Below, one piece after another: positions 1-9,428 of a stretch of 64,000 nucleotides of DNA. A program made the translations under genes and the position numbers. The DNA comes from Calditrichaceae bacterium. GTDB taxonomy: Bacteria > Calditrichota > Calditrichia > Calditrichales > JBFXGD01. The notes below the pieces were generated by a model that worked only from the letters and a program-made list of their open reading frames with translations, was not told where the DNA came from and did not search any database. Positions within the stretch are counted from its first letter, which is position 1; every line of letters begins with the position of its first letter. The stretch is from contig JBFXLE010000003.1 in NCBI GenBank assembly GCA_050173015.1, positions 192,001-256,000 on the forward strand. The letters are read 5' to 3'.

Positions 1-513
1 TTATTTAAAAGTATCATCCAGCGCATCACCCAGGAGGGTGCTAAAATCTGAATCGATAATATTTGAATCTTCAGAATCATCTCCGGATTGATCTTCCAGC
101 ATTGAAATAAGATCTTCAATCGCTTTTTTGGTATAAATTCGAATCAATCCCAATGTCACGCTTACATCGAATACGACAACCAGGAAAAAGTTATCACCGA
201 CATTGGAAAGATACACATTTCTTTTTTCCCCCTCATGAAAAAGCAGTTTAAATTTCGCTTCTTCACCTACTAATTTAGCCATTTCAGATGTTGCGGCAAA
301 ATCACTCGCGGCAAGGGCGGAAAGCACAGTCGTATTCATATCTTCCGTGTTTCCACGCTGGCTTATCAACTGACCGCTCATATCCGCAAATAATATCGCT
401 GATGCTTTAGTTTTGTTCGCAAGCTCAGACAATACCTTTGTGATACCGTCATATTGTTTACCGTTTAATATGACCTGCCGGCTTCCATCTTTGAGTTTTC
501 TTATTTGTACCAT
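1..513 (-). CDS. mglB: Roadblock/LC7 domain protein, MglB-like GTPase-activating protein
   Basis: Roadblock signature (ILFADMSGQLIS..G; LSALAASDFAATSEMAKLVGE..FKLLFHEGE..NVY; LVVVFD..VTLGLIR) closely resembling MglB; acidic C-terminal tail; stop codon at 1-3. Confidence 0.8.
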   Translation of the reverse strand: MVQIRKLKDGSRQVILNGKQYDGITKVLSELANKTKASAILFADMSGQLISQRGNTEDMNTTVLSALAASDFAATSEMAKLVGEEAKFKLLFHEGEKRNVYLSNVGDNFFLVVVFDVSVTLGLIRIYTKKAIEDLISMLEDQSGDDSEDSNIIDSDFSTLLGDALDDTFK

Positions 514-533
514 AAAATTTCCCTCACTCTTAT

Positions 534-1292
534 TTAAATACGCAAGGTTTGACGTTTTTTGAGACGATCTAAGGCAATTTTCACACTTTCCCGCAATCTT
601 TCTAACGCCTCACCCAGGCTTTGTATTTCATCATTTGTTTTTACAAAGATTTTCTCATCAAGATTTCCCTGGCTGATATCGTCAGCTTTCCTTGTTAGAT
701 ATAAGATAGGCTTAATTATCCGATTTGCAAGAAATATTACAATAACAATCCCTATAAAAGTTATACTCAATATTGTAAGGATTACAATAAAAATTGTTGT
801 CCTGACCGTCTCGTCAACATATGCCTTTTTCATTCCGACACGAATATAACCCAAATAGCCATCCTGAACCGGACCCGTTATATCATAACATGTTAAGTCA
901 TTGTCCTGCAATGTAATTAGCTCAGGCAGTTCATCGACCGTTCGTCCTTCCAGACTCTTGTTTTTCAGTACTTCGGGAACCTGCCCGTTATATGTATCTG
1001 CTAAGATACGTCCTTCGCTGTCATGAATCAATATGTATTCAACACTTTCAAAATTTAAATCACCCGTAATCAGGTGCCTTAAACCAATCTCATCCTCCGC
1101 CAGGATAAGTTCCGCGGAAAAGCTCGACAGGTTAACGGCTATCGTTCTGCCGCGTTCAATTAATTCTTTTTCAAGGCTTTCACTCACGGTCTTATTTACG
1201 ATGAAAACGATGAGAAGCCCCAGCAATAAATTACTGATGATCAAAATACTGCTTATTTTCCATTTTAAGCTGATAAATTTCACTTTACTCAA
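534..1292 (-). CDS. Membrane sensor-like protein: TM, periplasmic Cache-like domain, TM, HAMP; no output domain
   Basis: Two hydrophobic helices; HAMP motif IIKPILYLT..ADDISQGNL...NDEIQSLGEALERLR; protein ends about 15 aa after the HAMP. Confidence 0.8.
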   Translation of the reverse strand: MSKVKFISLKWKISSILIISNLLLGLLIVFIVNKTVSESLEKELIERGRTIAVNLSSFSAELILAEDEIGLRHLITGDLNFESVEYILIHDSEGRILADTYNGQVPEVLKNKSLEGRTVDELPELITLQDNDLTCYDITGPVQDGYLGYIRVGMKKAYVDETVRTTIFIVILTILSITFIGIVIVIFLANRIIKPILYLTRKADDISQGNLDEKIFVKTNDEIQSLGEALERLRESVKIALDRLKKRQTLRI

Positions 1293-1794
1293 GTCCTTTT
1301 TTGATATAGTTTAGCATGACACTTTGAAATTTTATTTTTTTCTCGCCATCATTAATTTCATCGCTGATCAATTCAATCAGATCAGGTATTCGCTCCGCCA
1401 TAAACTTATCCGTACCTTCACCCATTTCAATGAGCGTGTCTTCAATAAGGAACGGCGCTACCGGCCCTATTACCGCCATTAATTCTTTTTCAAGATTTTC
1501 AAAAAACTCATGATTCACCAATTTGGTTTGTGGCTTTTCAGTCGATTGTATTTCAATCAGACCTTTTTCAAGTAATCCGATAAACAGACCAATCGCCTCT
1601 TCCTCCGTCAAAGCAAGGACCTGCGCGATATCATCAAGGCTTTTATTCCCGTCAACCTGGGTAATTACTGCCCACTCCGCAGACCTTAATGTAACATCGG
1701 TCGGTGATTTTGAACCCGTCAGCCCGAATATGACGTGCGAATGAGGAATAATGTCTTTGTAATCTTTTTTATCCACAGGTAAAATCCATTTCAA
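1285..1794 (-). CDS. Hypothetical protein; winged-helix-like module of the type found C-terminal to DUF4388, plus a helical tail
   Basis: EWAVITQVDGNKSLDDIA...LLEKGLIE and IGPVAPFLIED motifs; TTG start; overlaps next gene by 8 nt. Confidence 0.6.
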   Translation of the reverse strand: MKWILPVDKKDYKDIIPHSHVIFGLTGSKSPTDVTLRSAEWAVITQVDGNKSLDDIAQVLALTEEEAIGLFIGLLEKGLIEIQSTEKPQTKLVNHEFFENLEKELMAVIGPVAPFLIEDTLIEMGEGTDKFMAERIPDLIELISDEINDGEKKIKFQSVMLNYIKKGLE

Positions 1795-1809
1795 AATAGC
1801 TGAAAAATT

Positions 1810-2247
1810 TTATCTCAGCTTGTTGATAAGCCGGACTTCGTTTTCGTCCAGCTCTCCTTTATTTATATGATATGTTTTATCTGCCGTCTGATCCTTTATC
1901 GCTTTTGTCAGCTTTTTATCCTCAAGAAGGTTTGCAAGAGCCACATTTAATGTAATACGTAACAGAGATAAAACCTTGGGAGTTTTGCAAAGAATTACCA
2001 ATAACATATTGTTGGTATATCTGCAAATCACATACTGATCCTGCCAGTAAAATTCGATCTCGGTAATAGTCAGACTGCGTAAATGATAACCGGAAAGAAT
2101 CCTGAGAACATGCACTGTTAGTTGTTCAAGAACGGCATCCTTTTCGTCAATTCCTAATTTTTCAATGACATTTCCGCGTCCCGAAGCGATATATACGCCT
2201 CGGACACCATCGATATTCAAAATTTCCTGCAGCCATCTGTCAGTCAT
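1810..2247 (-). CDS. Roadblock/LC7-like protein (divergent)
   Basis: LQEILNIDGVRGVYIA..G N-terminus and LLVILC...LSLLRITLNV C-terminus typical of roadblock folds. Confidence 0.6.
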   Translation of the reverse strand: MTDRWLQEILNIDGVRGVYIASGRGNVIEKLGIDEKDAVLEQLTVHVLRILSGYHLRSLTITEIEFYWQDQYVICRYTNNMLLVILCKTPKVLSLLRITLNVALANLLEDKKLTKAIKDQTADKTYHINKGELDENEVRLINKLR

Positions 2248-2292
2248 CTGATCATTCCTTAATTTCTGCAGATTTCAACCATCCCTGAATTA

Positions 2293-3306
2293 TCAGGCAA
2301 TCTCTGTGCTGAAATATTCTCTTAATTGTATTTTATCAATTTTTTCCGAATACTCCTCGACGAAAGCGTGGATTAGTAAATCCATAAAGGAGTACTTTGA
2401 TGTTTTATCGTCAATTAATGGCTTAAGTTGAGTAAAAACATTCGCAATCATCGATCCAAAATCAATTTTTGTAATTGAGTCAAGCCCTGTGAATCGATTT
2501 TGCCCGTAATGAACATCATTCACATTCAGTGTTTTGCAGCTTTCTTCCCAAAGCGCTGAAAAAAGAGCTTCCATATCTTCATTTTCGTTTAATGAATCAA
2601 TCGCGTTAACAATACGATTTTTGAGCTCAAGCACAATTTCTGATATTTCAAGCAACTCAAGCAGCTCGGAAAATTTCTGACTTTCCTCATATGAACGCAG
2701 CGCGTCACAACTTTCAAGCGAAATATCGGTGCTAATCGTTTCTGCAATCTGTAATATTTTTTTGAACAAACGGGCCTGTCCTCTTTCAAAGACCTGTTTA
2801 CCCGCATTGTTATTCAGGACCGCGGCAGCTATCCCGCCGTTCATCAAATAAATTGAAGCCCTTGCCTGCTGATCACCAAATATGATATTTATAAATCCAT
2901 AATCTGTTTTCCTGGATGATTCCTGGATATACTTTTCCAGGGCATTACTGTTTAGATTTTGTTTCTCGTCAAGTATTTTATTCTGGAACATGGCCAGAAG
3001 GAAAGGGACCAGCTCATAATCAACTAAAAAAGTGCTAATGGATCCGTCTTTCTCTCTAAATCGGTTATAAATACCTAATAATGCCTGTATCCCCGATTCA
3101 ATCTGCTTCCCTTTTTGTTCATATGCCTGAACAATATTTCCTGTATCAAATATTAAAAAACCTTCATAACCCCAAAATTCCAGCTTCAAATACCCTGAAA
3201 AACGGGATTCCTTGAGATCTTTGATCAGCAACCACATATGTGTATACTGTGTTGCCAGGTTCTTATGCTGCGGTTCCCCCGTTATGACTAGCACATTTGT
3301 ATTCAT
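2293..3306 (-). CDS. Hypothetical protein with DUF4388/DUF2226-like N-terminal module
   Basis: LIKDLKESRFSGYLKL...EGFLIFDTGNIVQA, with a degenerate second copy (DYGFINI...ASIYLMNGGIAAA); TAATG coupling to upstream gene at 3306. Confidence 0.6.
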   Translation of the reverse strand: MNTNVLVITGEPQHKNLATQYTHMWLLIKDLKESRFSGYLKLEFWGYEGFLIFDTGNIVQAYEQKGKQIESGIQALLGIYNRFREKDGSISTFLVDYELVPFLLAMFQNKILDEKQNLNSNALEKYIQESSRKTDYGFINIIFGDQQARASIYLMNGGIAAAVLNNNAGKQVFERGQARLFKKILQIAETISTDISLESCDALRSYEESQKFSELLELLEISEIVLELKNRIVNAIDSLNENEDMEALFSALWEESCKTLNVNDVHYGQNRFTGLDSITKIDFGSMIANVFTQLKPLIDDKTSKYSFMDLLIHAFVEEYSEKIDKIQLREYFSTEIA

Positions 3307-3950
3307 TAACCCATTGCCTGTTTTATCAGTGGTAAGATGACATCCAGCTTTGTTTTATCGTTTAAAACCATGATGATTAAGAATTGATTATAGGAAGTGA
3401 CAACATATCTCAAAGAACCAACAAGAACACTTACGAATTCCGGCTCGGTTACACTCATAATATCAGCAATTTTACCGGCTTCAAGCATCGAAAAGGCATG
3501 AAGCGCTTCATTATCCTTATCAGAATCTTGTTCGCTTTTCGCAATCAGAGTGCCATCCCGTTCAATCATTTTTACAGACTGAACCCCTTTTACCGTAAGC
3601 AGCCTTTCAAACAACCGGTGGAATCTATGCTCCGGCGCCTCATCGGCATTGTCAAGCTGATGCAAACCTTCCAGCAACAAACTGTTCCAGCTTGTTTTAA
3701 TCGTCTTTACCGGGGCGTGTACATCGCTTTCCACTTTAAACGTTCCGTCATACAGCGTCAACAACCTGTAAACCGCTTTCTCACCTATCTCCGGCTCAAA
3801 TTCCGCGTGAACAACCTGACCGTTTTCAAAATAAATAAATCCAAACTTGCCGCCACGCTCTATTGTCAATTTAGCCGTGTTGCGTTCCATGCAATTTAAC
3901 TGGATTAAACTCGGAAGTTTTAGATCCTTTAAGTTTCCTACTAATGCCAT
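3306..3950 (-). CDS. DUF4388 (PatA-N) domain protein with C-terminal roadblock-like domain
   Basis: GNLKDLKLPSLIQL...GFIYFENGQVVHA...GEKAV...GTF...LLLEGL is the DUF4388 pattern; LLTVKGVQSVKMIERDG is roadblock-like. Confidence 0.8.
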   Translation of the reverse strand: MALVGNLKDLKLPSLIQLNCMERNTAKLTIERGGKFGFIYFENGQVVHAEFEPEIGEKAVYRLLTLYDGTFKVESDVHAPVKTIKTSWNSLLLEGLHQLDNADEAPEHRFHRLFERLLTVKGVQSVKMIERDGTLIAKSEQDSDKDNEALHAFSMLEAGKIADIMSVTEPEFVSVLVGSLRYVVTSYNQFLIIMVLNDKTKLDVILPLIKQAMG

Positions 3951-3951
3951 T

Positions 3952-4317
3952 TTATCCCAGTATGTCTAGTACAATTTTTTTAAATTCTTTCATTTCAAAT
4001 GGTTTTTCTATGTAAAACCTGGCGCCAAGCTTTAATACTTCATCACGTCTGTCACTCGATCCATATGCTGTCATGATCACAACTTCCGTTCGCGGAAAGT
4101 CATTTTTGACTCTTTTTAGCAAGTCGATACCACTCATGCCGGGCATTAAAATATCGGTTATGATCAGATCAAATGGATTATCCTGAATTTTTGTGAGGGC
4201 CTCATCACCTGAATTGGCAGTGATGACTTCGTAGTCATTATCAGATAGTATAAAACTCTGATAGAGACTAAATGTTAAAGTCTCTTCATCATCAACAATG
4301 AGTAGCCTTTTTGCCAT
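3952..4317 (-). CDS. Single-domain response regulator (CheY-like)
   Basis: LIVDDE, DLIITDILMPGMSG, IMTAYG and KPF motifs. Confidence 0.95.
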   Translation of the reverse strand: MAKRLLIVDDEETLTFSLYQSFILSDNDYEVITANSGDEALTKIQDNPFDLIITDILMPGMSGIDLLKRVKNDFPRTEVVIMTAYGSSDRRDEVLKLGARFYIEKPFEMKEFKKIVLDILG

Positions 4318-4319
4318 GC

Positions 4320-5567
4320 TTAAACCTGTTCCGTTTTATTATTGAGTACTACCGGCAAATAAATACTAAAAACCGCTCCTTCGCCCTGCCGGGATTGAAC
4401 TTCGATCTTGCCATTATTTTCTTCCAGCAACCGGGTAGAAATGGACAGTCCCAGTCCCACGCCATCCGCTTTTGTTGTATAGAACGGATTAAATATTTTT
4501 TCATGTTTTTCGACAGGGATACCCGGTCCGGAATCTTTAATCCTGACATACACCACGGTACGTCCCTGCTGATTTTCACTTAACCGGATTCCATCGGTTT
4601 CACCGACTTCCACCTGAATCTCACCGCCTTTTGGCATGGCTTCGGCCGCATTGATAAACAAATTCAGCACAACCTGTTCAATCTGACTTTCATCTGCAAA
4701 AATTTTATGCTTATTTTCCGAAAAATTCGTTCTGTACTGTATTTTATGTTTTTTAAATCTGCTCGCCATTAAAAGGTAAACACCGTCAATAATATTTTCA
4801 ATATGATGAAAGTCCTGCTTTGGCTTGTTTGGCCTTGCAAAATTAAAAAACCTTTTCAGCAGCTCATTACTTCTGTCAATTTCCTTTACAATTCTCGTCA
4901 CTAACTGTGTTCTGAAGTTATCCTCATTATAACTATCTTCGAGCACTTGAGCGGAAGCTTTAATTCCTGCGAGCGGATTTCTTATTTCATGGGCAATTCC
5001 CGCCGCCAATTCTCCGAGTGTGGCCAGCCGGTCCATGCGCTCAATTTGTTTCCGTAAGGTAGTAATATAGGTGATATCACGGAATATGAAGATTATCCCA
5101 TCAAAAGTGTGATCATCCGATTGTTTTAACAACGTCGTGCTAAAGCCGATGGGTATTAACTTTCCGTTACCCGAAACAAGCTCCGCCTCCTTACTCTCAA
5201 ACATGGCTTTTTCATCGACAATTTCCCGGATGATCCGGCGGATCAAATCTTCGTCATCAAAAAGAAGCTCGACCTTTTTGCCAAGAATTTCATCACTGCC
5301 ATACTCCAGTATTTCAAGCGCGGCCCGATTCAGAAATGTGATGTATCCTTTCATGTCTATCGTGAATATACCGCTGGATATATTTTGAGTGATACCTTTG
5401 TGAAACCGGAAAATTTTCTCCAGATCGCTGTACCTTTTCAGCAATAAGTCATATTTTTTTTTGAGAGTTTCGTGAACCTCGCTATTCGGCTGATTGCCAT
5501 CCAATTCCGCGAGAATTTTGTTAATACGGGAAGCTGCTTCTTTTTTACTCTCAAAACGTTTGCTCAT
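4320..5567 (-). CDS. Cytoplasmic PAS-domain histidine kinase (NtrB-like)
   Basis: PAS domain, H-box LAAGIAHEIRNPL, N-box QVVLNLFINA, G1 DSGPGI, F-box IFNPFYTTK, G2 GVGLGL; no TM helix. Confidence 0.95.
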   Translation of the reverse strand: MSKRFESKKEAASRINKILAELDGNQPNSEVHETLKKKYDLLLKRYSDLEKIFRFHKGITQNISSGIFTIDMKGYITFLNRAALEILEYGSDEILGKKVELLFDDEDLIRRIIREIVDEKAMFESKEAELVSGNGKLIPIGFSTTLLKQSDDHTFDGIIFIFRDITYITTLRKQIERMDRLATLGELAAGIAHEIRNPLAGIKASAQVLEDSYNEDNFRTQLVTRIVKEIDRSNELLKRFFNFARPNKPKQDFHHIENIIDGVYLLMASRFKKHKIQYRTNFSENKHKIFADESQIEQVVLNLFINAAEAMPKGGEIQVEVGETDGIRLSENQQGRTVVYVRIKDSGPGIPVEKHEKIFNPFYTTKADGVGLGLSISTRLLEENNGKIEVQSRQGEGAVFSIYLPVVLNNKTEQV

Positions 5568-5677
5568 TCGGCTATCTTTATTGCTGACTCTGAAAAATCT
5601 ATGGGATATGTGACTATTTTTTATGGAATTTAAAACTTTATTTTAAAGATTTCATCGCTTGATTGCAACTGTTTTAT

Positions 5678-8125
5678 TCAACCAAGCAGGGTTGGATCAA
5701 CATCAACAACAACTTGAATACCGGATTGCCGGTTATTATAGAATGGAGTCATCAACTTCTGTAAAATTTTTTTTGTCCGGTTTCCCGATGGATCTGTCTG
5801 AGGATTTAATTTAATATTGACCTGCCACTTATAGAGGTTATTCACTCTGGGGATGACAGAAGGAGCCGGACCTATCACTTCACAATATCCGCGGGCGTCT
5901 CTGCGGGTCCGTCCCGCAATTTTACGGGCTGTCTCGATGGCATCATTCATTTTTTCGGCAGAAACAAGAACTTGAATGATCTTGTAGAATGGAGGATATT
6001 TAAAATTTTTGCGATGCTCTAATTCTTCATTATAAAATCCGATGAAATCGTGGTTGCGGGCATGCTGAATCGCATAATGACTGTAAACATAGGTTTGAAT
6101 CACCACTTCACCCGGCTTTTTCCCTCTACCCGATCGGCCCGAAACCTGTGTAAGCAGGTGAAAAATCCTCTCAGATGCCCGAAAATCCGGCAGCGAAAGC
6201 CCTACGTCGGCGGATATGACGCCGACCAATGTCACATTGGCGAAATCAAGCCCTTTCGCGATCATCTGTGTTCCGAGTAAAACATCGGCATCACCGTTAG
6301 CAAATGATTTTAGAATGGTGTCGTGCATATTTTTGCCCCGCGTCGTATCCTGATCCATACGCAGAATTCTTATTTCCGGGTAGCATTTTTGAAGCTCCTG
6401 CTGGATTCTTTGGGTACCGATACCTTTGTATTTTATCTGTTCACCACCGCATGATGGACAATCCGTATAGGCAGCATGATGATAGCCGCATAAATGACAT
6501 TGAAGGGATTCGTTGAAGGAATGATAAGTGAGGCTCACTTCACAATTTGGACAGGCCGCAATAAATCCGCATTCCGTACACTGTAAAAATGATGAATAGC
6601 CTCGTTTGTTTTGTAAAATTAAAATTTGTTCTTTCTTATGCAGTCTTTCGTCTATTTTATCCAATAATACTCTGGAAAAAAGATTGGTTTCTCTCTCCTG
6701 GCGGCCCTTTTTTTGACGCATATCCACAATATGCACTTCAGGCAATTTGATATTTTCGACCCGGTTTTGGATCCGGAGCAGTCTGAACTTGTTTTTTGAC
6801 ACATTAAAATAAGATTCCATGCTGGGTGTTGCCGATCCCAGGATTATTAACGCCTGATTCATTCGCGCCCAGTAAATGGCCACATCCCGGGCATGGTAGC
6901 GCGGCGTGATATCACTCTGCTTATAACTTGATTCGTGCTCTTCATCAACGACTATCAAACCGATATTTTTTAATGGCGCGAATAAGGCCGAGCGCGGCCC
7001 CACCACAATTTTAACTCGATCCTCATAGCAAGCCATCCATGCGTCAAATCGTTCCCCGACCGACATTTTACTGTGAAAAACGGCAATTTGATCTGAAAAA
7101 ATATTCTTAAACCTGCTTACCGTTTGAGGCGTCAGTGATATTTCCGGAATTAGAATTATGGCGGTCTGTCCGCGGGAAATAACCTTTTTTAGCACTTCGA
7201 TATAGACCTGAGTTTTCCCGCTCCCCGTAATTCCGTGCAACAAAAAAGTAGCGAATTGACCGGTTTCCATTTGCAGCGCCACCTGTCGGACAGCATTCTC
7301 CTGCTCATCCGTAAGGACGATTTCCTTAATATCTTCATGATAATCAAATTCCGGCGCGCGTTCAACCTGCATATCGGAAACATCACATATACCCAGGTTT
7401 TTCATTTTTTGAAGCGTGCCCGTAGCCATTTTAGTTTTTTTTAAAAACTCAGACATCAGAATATCTTTACCGGCATTGTCGAGCAGATAATCATCTACTT
7501 CCGGACGTCGCTTCACATATTTCAGGAAATCATCAAAATTTGTTTTTATTGTAACATAATCAACCGGAACGGATACAAATTTTCTGGTTAATATTCCAAC
7601 CCTTTGCTGCTTTCTTTCCACGTCTCGTTTTACAAGCCCCTTTTCTTCAAGAACTTTAAGATTGTTGTAAAAGGATCCCTGTCCATTTTTTTTCCTGTAA
7701 TAGTCTTTTGATTTGCCGGGATTGGATCCGATTAACAGGTACAGATCTCTTTGGCGCTCTGATAATTTCTTATCAAAATTTACCTCAGAAATACTAATAT
7801 ATTCCTTGTCTTCCGTATCTATTCCTTTGGGCAATGCCATCTGGACGGTCTGCCCCAGGCCGGAAATATAATAATCGGAGATCCATTTCATCAGCTCGAG
7901 CATACGTTCCGAGATAAGCGGCTTATCATCAAGTATATCGATAATGTCTTTTACCGAACTGTATTCAGATTTATTTGTTAAGACGGTAACAACACCGGTG
8001 ATATTTCGTTTTCCAAAAGGCGCGAGGACACGCATACCGGGCTCTATCCGATTCAGCTCCTCCGGAATCCTGTAAGTAAAAGAATGATTTATCGGTAAGT
8101 TAAAAACGACTTCTGCAAATGGCAT
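5678..8125 (-). CDS. priA: Primosomal protein N' (replication restart helicase)
   Basis: GITGSGKT, PEISLTPQ, DEEH, four CxxC zinc motifs, GTQMIAKGLDF, QVSGRSGR. Confidence 0.97.
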   Translation of the reverse strand: MPFAEVVFNLPINHSFTYRIPEELNRIEPGMRVLAPFGKRNITGVVTVLTNKSEYSSVKDIIDILDDKPLISERMLELMKWISDYYISGLGQTVQMALPKGIDTEDKEYISISEVNFDKKLSERQRDLYLLIGSNPGKSKDYYRKKNGQGSFYNNLKVLEEKGLVKRDVERKQQRVGILTRKFVSVPVDYVTIKTNFDDFLKYVKRRPEVDDYLLDNAGKDILMSEFLKKTKMATGTLQKMKNLGICDVSDMQVERAPEFDYHEDIKEIVLTDEQENAVRQVALQMETGQFATFLLHGITGSGKTQVYIEVLKKVISRGQTAIILIPEISLTPQTVSRFKNIFSDQIAVFHSKMSVGERFDAWMACYEDRVKIVVGPRSALFAPLKNIGLIVVDEEHESSYKQSDITPRYHARDVAIYWARMNQALIILGSATPSMESYFNVSKNKFRLLRIQNRVENIKLPEVHIVDMRQKKGRQERETNLFSRVLLDKIDERLHKKEQILILQNKRGYSSFLQCTECGFIAACPNCEVSLTYHSFNESLQCHLCGYHHAAYTDCPSCGGEQIKYKGIGTQRIQQELQKCYPEIRILRMDQDTTRGKNMHDTILKSFANGDADVLLGTQMIAKGLDFANVTLVGVISADVGLSLPDFRASERIFHLLTQVSGRSGRGKKPGEVVIQTYVYSHYAIQHARNHDFIGFYNEELEHRKNFKYPPFYKIIQVLVSAEKMNDAIETARKIAGRTRRDARGYCEVIGPAPSVIPRVNNLYKWQVNIKLNPQTDPSGNRTKKILQKLMTPFYNNRQSGIQVVVDVDPTLLG

Positions 8126-8164
8126 GTTCTAAAATTAGTTATTTGAATGACTAAAGCAATAGAG

Positions 8165-8190
8165 AAAAAAAAGGCGGGTTAAAACCCGCC
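8165..8190 (-). terminator. Intrinsic terminator after rplI
   Basis: Minus strand GGCGGGT-TTTA-ACCCGCC followed by a T8 run. Confidence 0.85.
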
Positions 8191-8196
8191 GGTATA

Positions 8197-8640
8197 TTAT
8201 TCCTTTACAACCCAGACTTTTACAGTAGCTTCAACTTCGCTATGCAATTTTATTGGTACTGAGTAAATCCCGAGAGATTTGATCGGTTCTTCGAGTAAAA
8301 TCTTGCGTTTATCAATCTCATAACCCTGATTCGTCAGAGCTTCTGCAATATTTTGTGAAGTAACGGACCCAAACATTTTATCTTCTTCACCAACCTGAAC
8401 GGTTATGGTGCATGAGACATTTTCCAGTTTGTGAGCGAGTTCTTCTGATGATTTTTTAGCCTTGCTCTGCAATAGCGTCAATTGACGAACTTCATTTTCA
8501 TATTTGTTTACATTTTCCTTGTTGGCAATATATGCCACGCCTTTTGGCAGCAGATAATTACGGGCATAACCATCTTTTACAACCACCATTTCACCCGCCT
8601 TACCCAAGCCTTTATAATCTTCGCGTAGAATGATTTTCAT
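8197..8640 (-). CDS. rplI: 50S ribosomal protein L9
   Basis: MKIIL...LGKAGEMVVVKDGYARNYLLP; KMFGSVT; PIKSLG. Confidence 0.98.
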   Translation of the reverse strand: MKIILREDYKGLGKAGEMVVVKDGYARNYLLPKGVAYIANKENVNKYENEVRQLTLLQSKAKKSSEELAHKLENVSCTITVQVGEEDKMFGSVTSQNIAEALTNQGYEIDKRKILLEEPIKSLGIYSVPIKLHSEVEATVKVWVVKE

Positions 8641-8668
8641 AGCAAAACACCTTCATTTTTTCTAATTA

Positions 8669-8896
8669 TTAACGAGTAAAATCGGCCACAAAAGGAATTA
8701 AGGCCAGATGTCTGGCGCGTTTGATTGCCAGTGCTAATTGTCTCTGATGCTTGGCACATGTACCCGAAGTGTGACGCGGTATTATTTTACCTTGTTCAGT
8801 AAGATAACGTAAAAGCTGACGTTCATCTTTAAAATCGATATAAATATCACCAGCTTCGCAAAAATGACATACACGTTTTCTTTTCATCTTTACCAT
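8669..8896 (-). CDS. rpsR: 30S ribosomal protein S18 (zinc-binding Cys-containing type)
   Basis: CHFC...IDFKD...[27 protein letters not shown]; start moved to ATG at 8896 to avoid overlap with rpsF. Confidence 0.95.
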   Translation of the reverse strand: MVKMKRKRVCHFCEAGDIYIDFKDERQLLRYLTEQGKIIPRHTSGTCAKHQRQLALAIKRARHLALIPFVADFTR

Positions 8897-8909
8897 TTTG
8901 TTCGAATCT

Positions 8910-9356
8910 TTATTTCTCATTTTCACCCTCTGCTGGCTTATTTTCACTCTCATTGATTACTTCTTCAACTTCTGTAGTTTCCGCTTTTTCCGGAACGACT
9001 GTTTTTTCCGCTTTCTCCGCTTTTTCAGCTTCCCGGCGTTCTGCCTTCTGTTCCATAACTTTCAATTTGTTTTTGTCAAAAATATAAGTCAGGTAACGAA
9101 GAACCTTATCGTTGAAGTTATATTCACTTTGAAGTTCTTTGGGGATATTGCCGTTTCCTTCAAATTCGATGGATACATAAAATCCATATTGTTTCTTCTG
9201 GATTTCGTAGGACATCCTCTTTTTACCCCATTTTTCGATCTTGCGAACGGTACCGCTCTTCTCTTTTATAATATTGGTAAACCGTTCCACCGCAGAATCA
9301 ATCTCCTTCGGCGGCACCAAACTATCCATGATAAAAATAGTTTCGTAAATTGCCAT
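8910..9356 (-). CDS. rpsF: 30S ribosomal protein S6
   Basis: YETIFI...[12 protein letters not shown]...GFY...VLRYL; SD AGGAGG; low-complexity AEK tail. Confidence 0.96.
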   Translation of the reverse strand: MAIYETIFIMDSLVPPKEIDSAVERFTNIIKEKSGTVRKIEKWGKKRMSYEIQKKQYGFYVSIEFEGNGNIPKELQSEYNFNDKVLRYLTYIFDKNKLKVMEQKAERREAEKAEKAEKTVVPEKAETTEVEEVINESENKPAEGENEK

Positions 9357-9406
9357 AAAACCTCCTTTGGTCTGACGATTCCATCCACTTTAGATGGAAT
9401 AGGATT
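9357..9406 (-). promoter_or_regulatory. Putative S6:S18 ribosomal-protein autoregulatory leader
   Basis: Minus strand aaTCCT-ATTCCATCT-aaagt-GGATGGAAT-cgtcagaCCAa-AGGAGG-tttt-ATG: TCCT can pair with the SD, with an inner hairpin and an unpaired CCR next to the SD, as in known S6:S18 leaders. Confidence 0.6.
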
Positions 9407-9428
9407 AATTGAACGTAATCTATCTAAT

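Noticed and set aside
3384-3899. 171-aa plus-strand ORF
   Set aside because: Antisense shadow of the DUF4388 gene; no recognisable motifs
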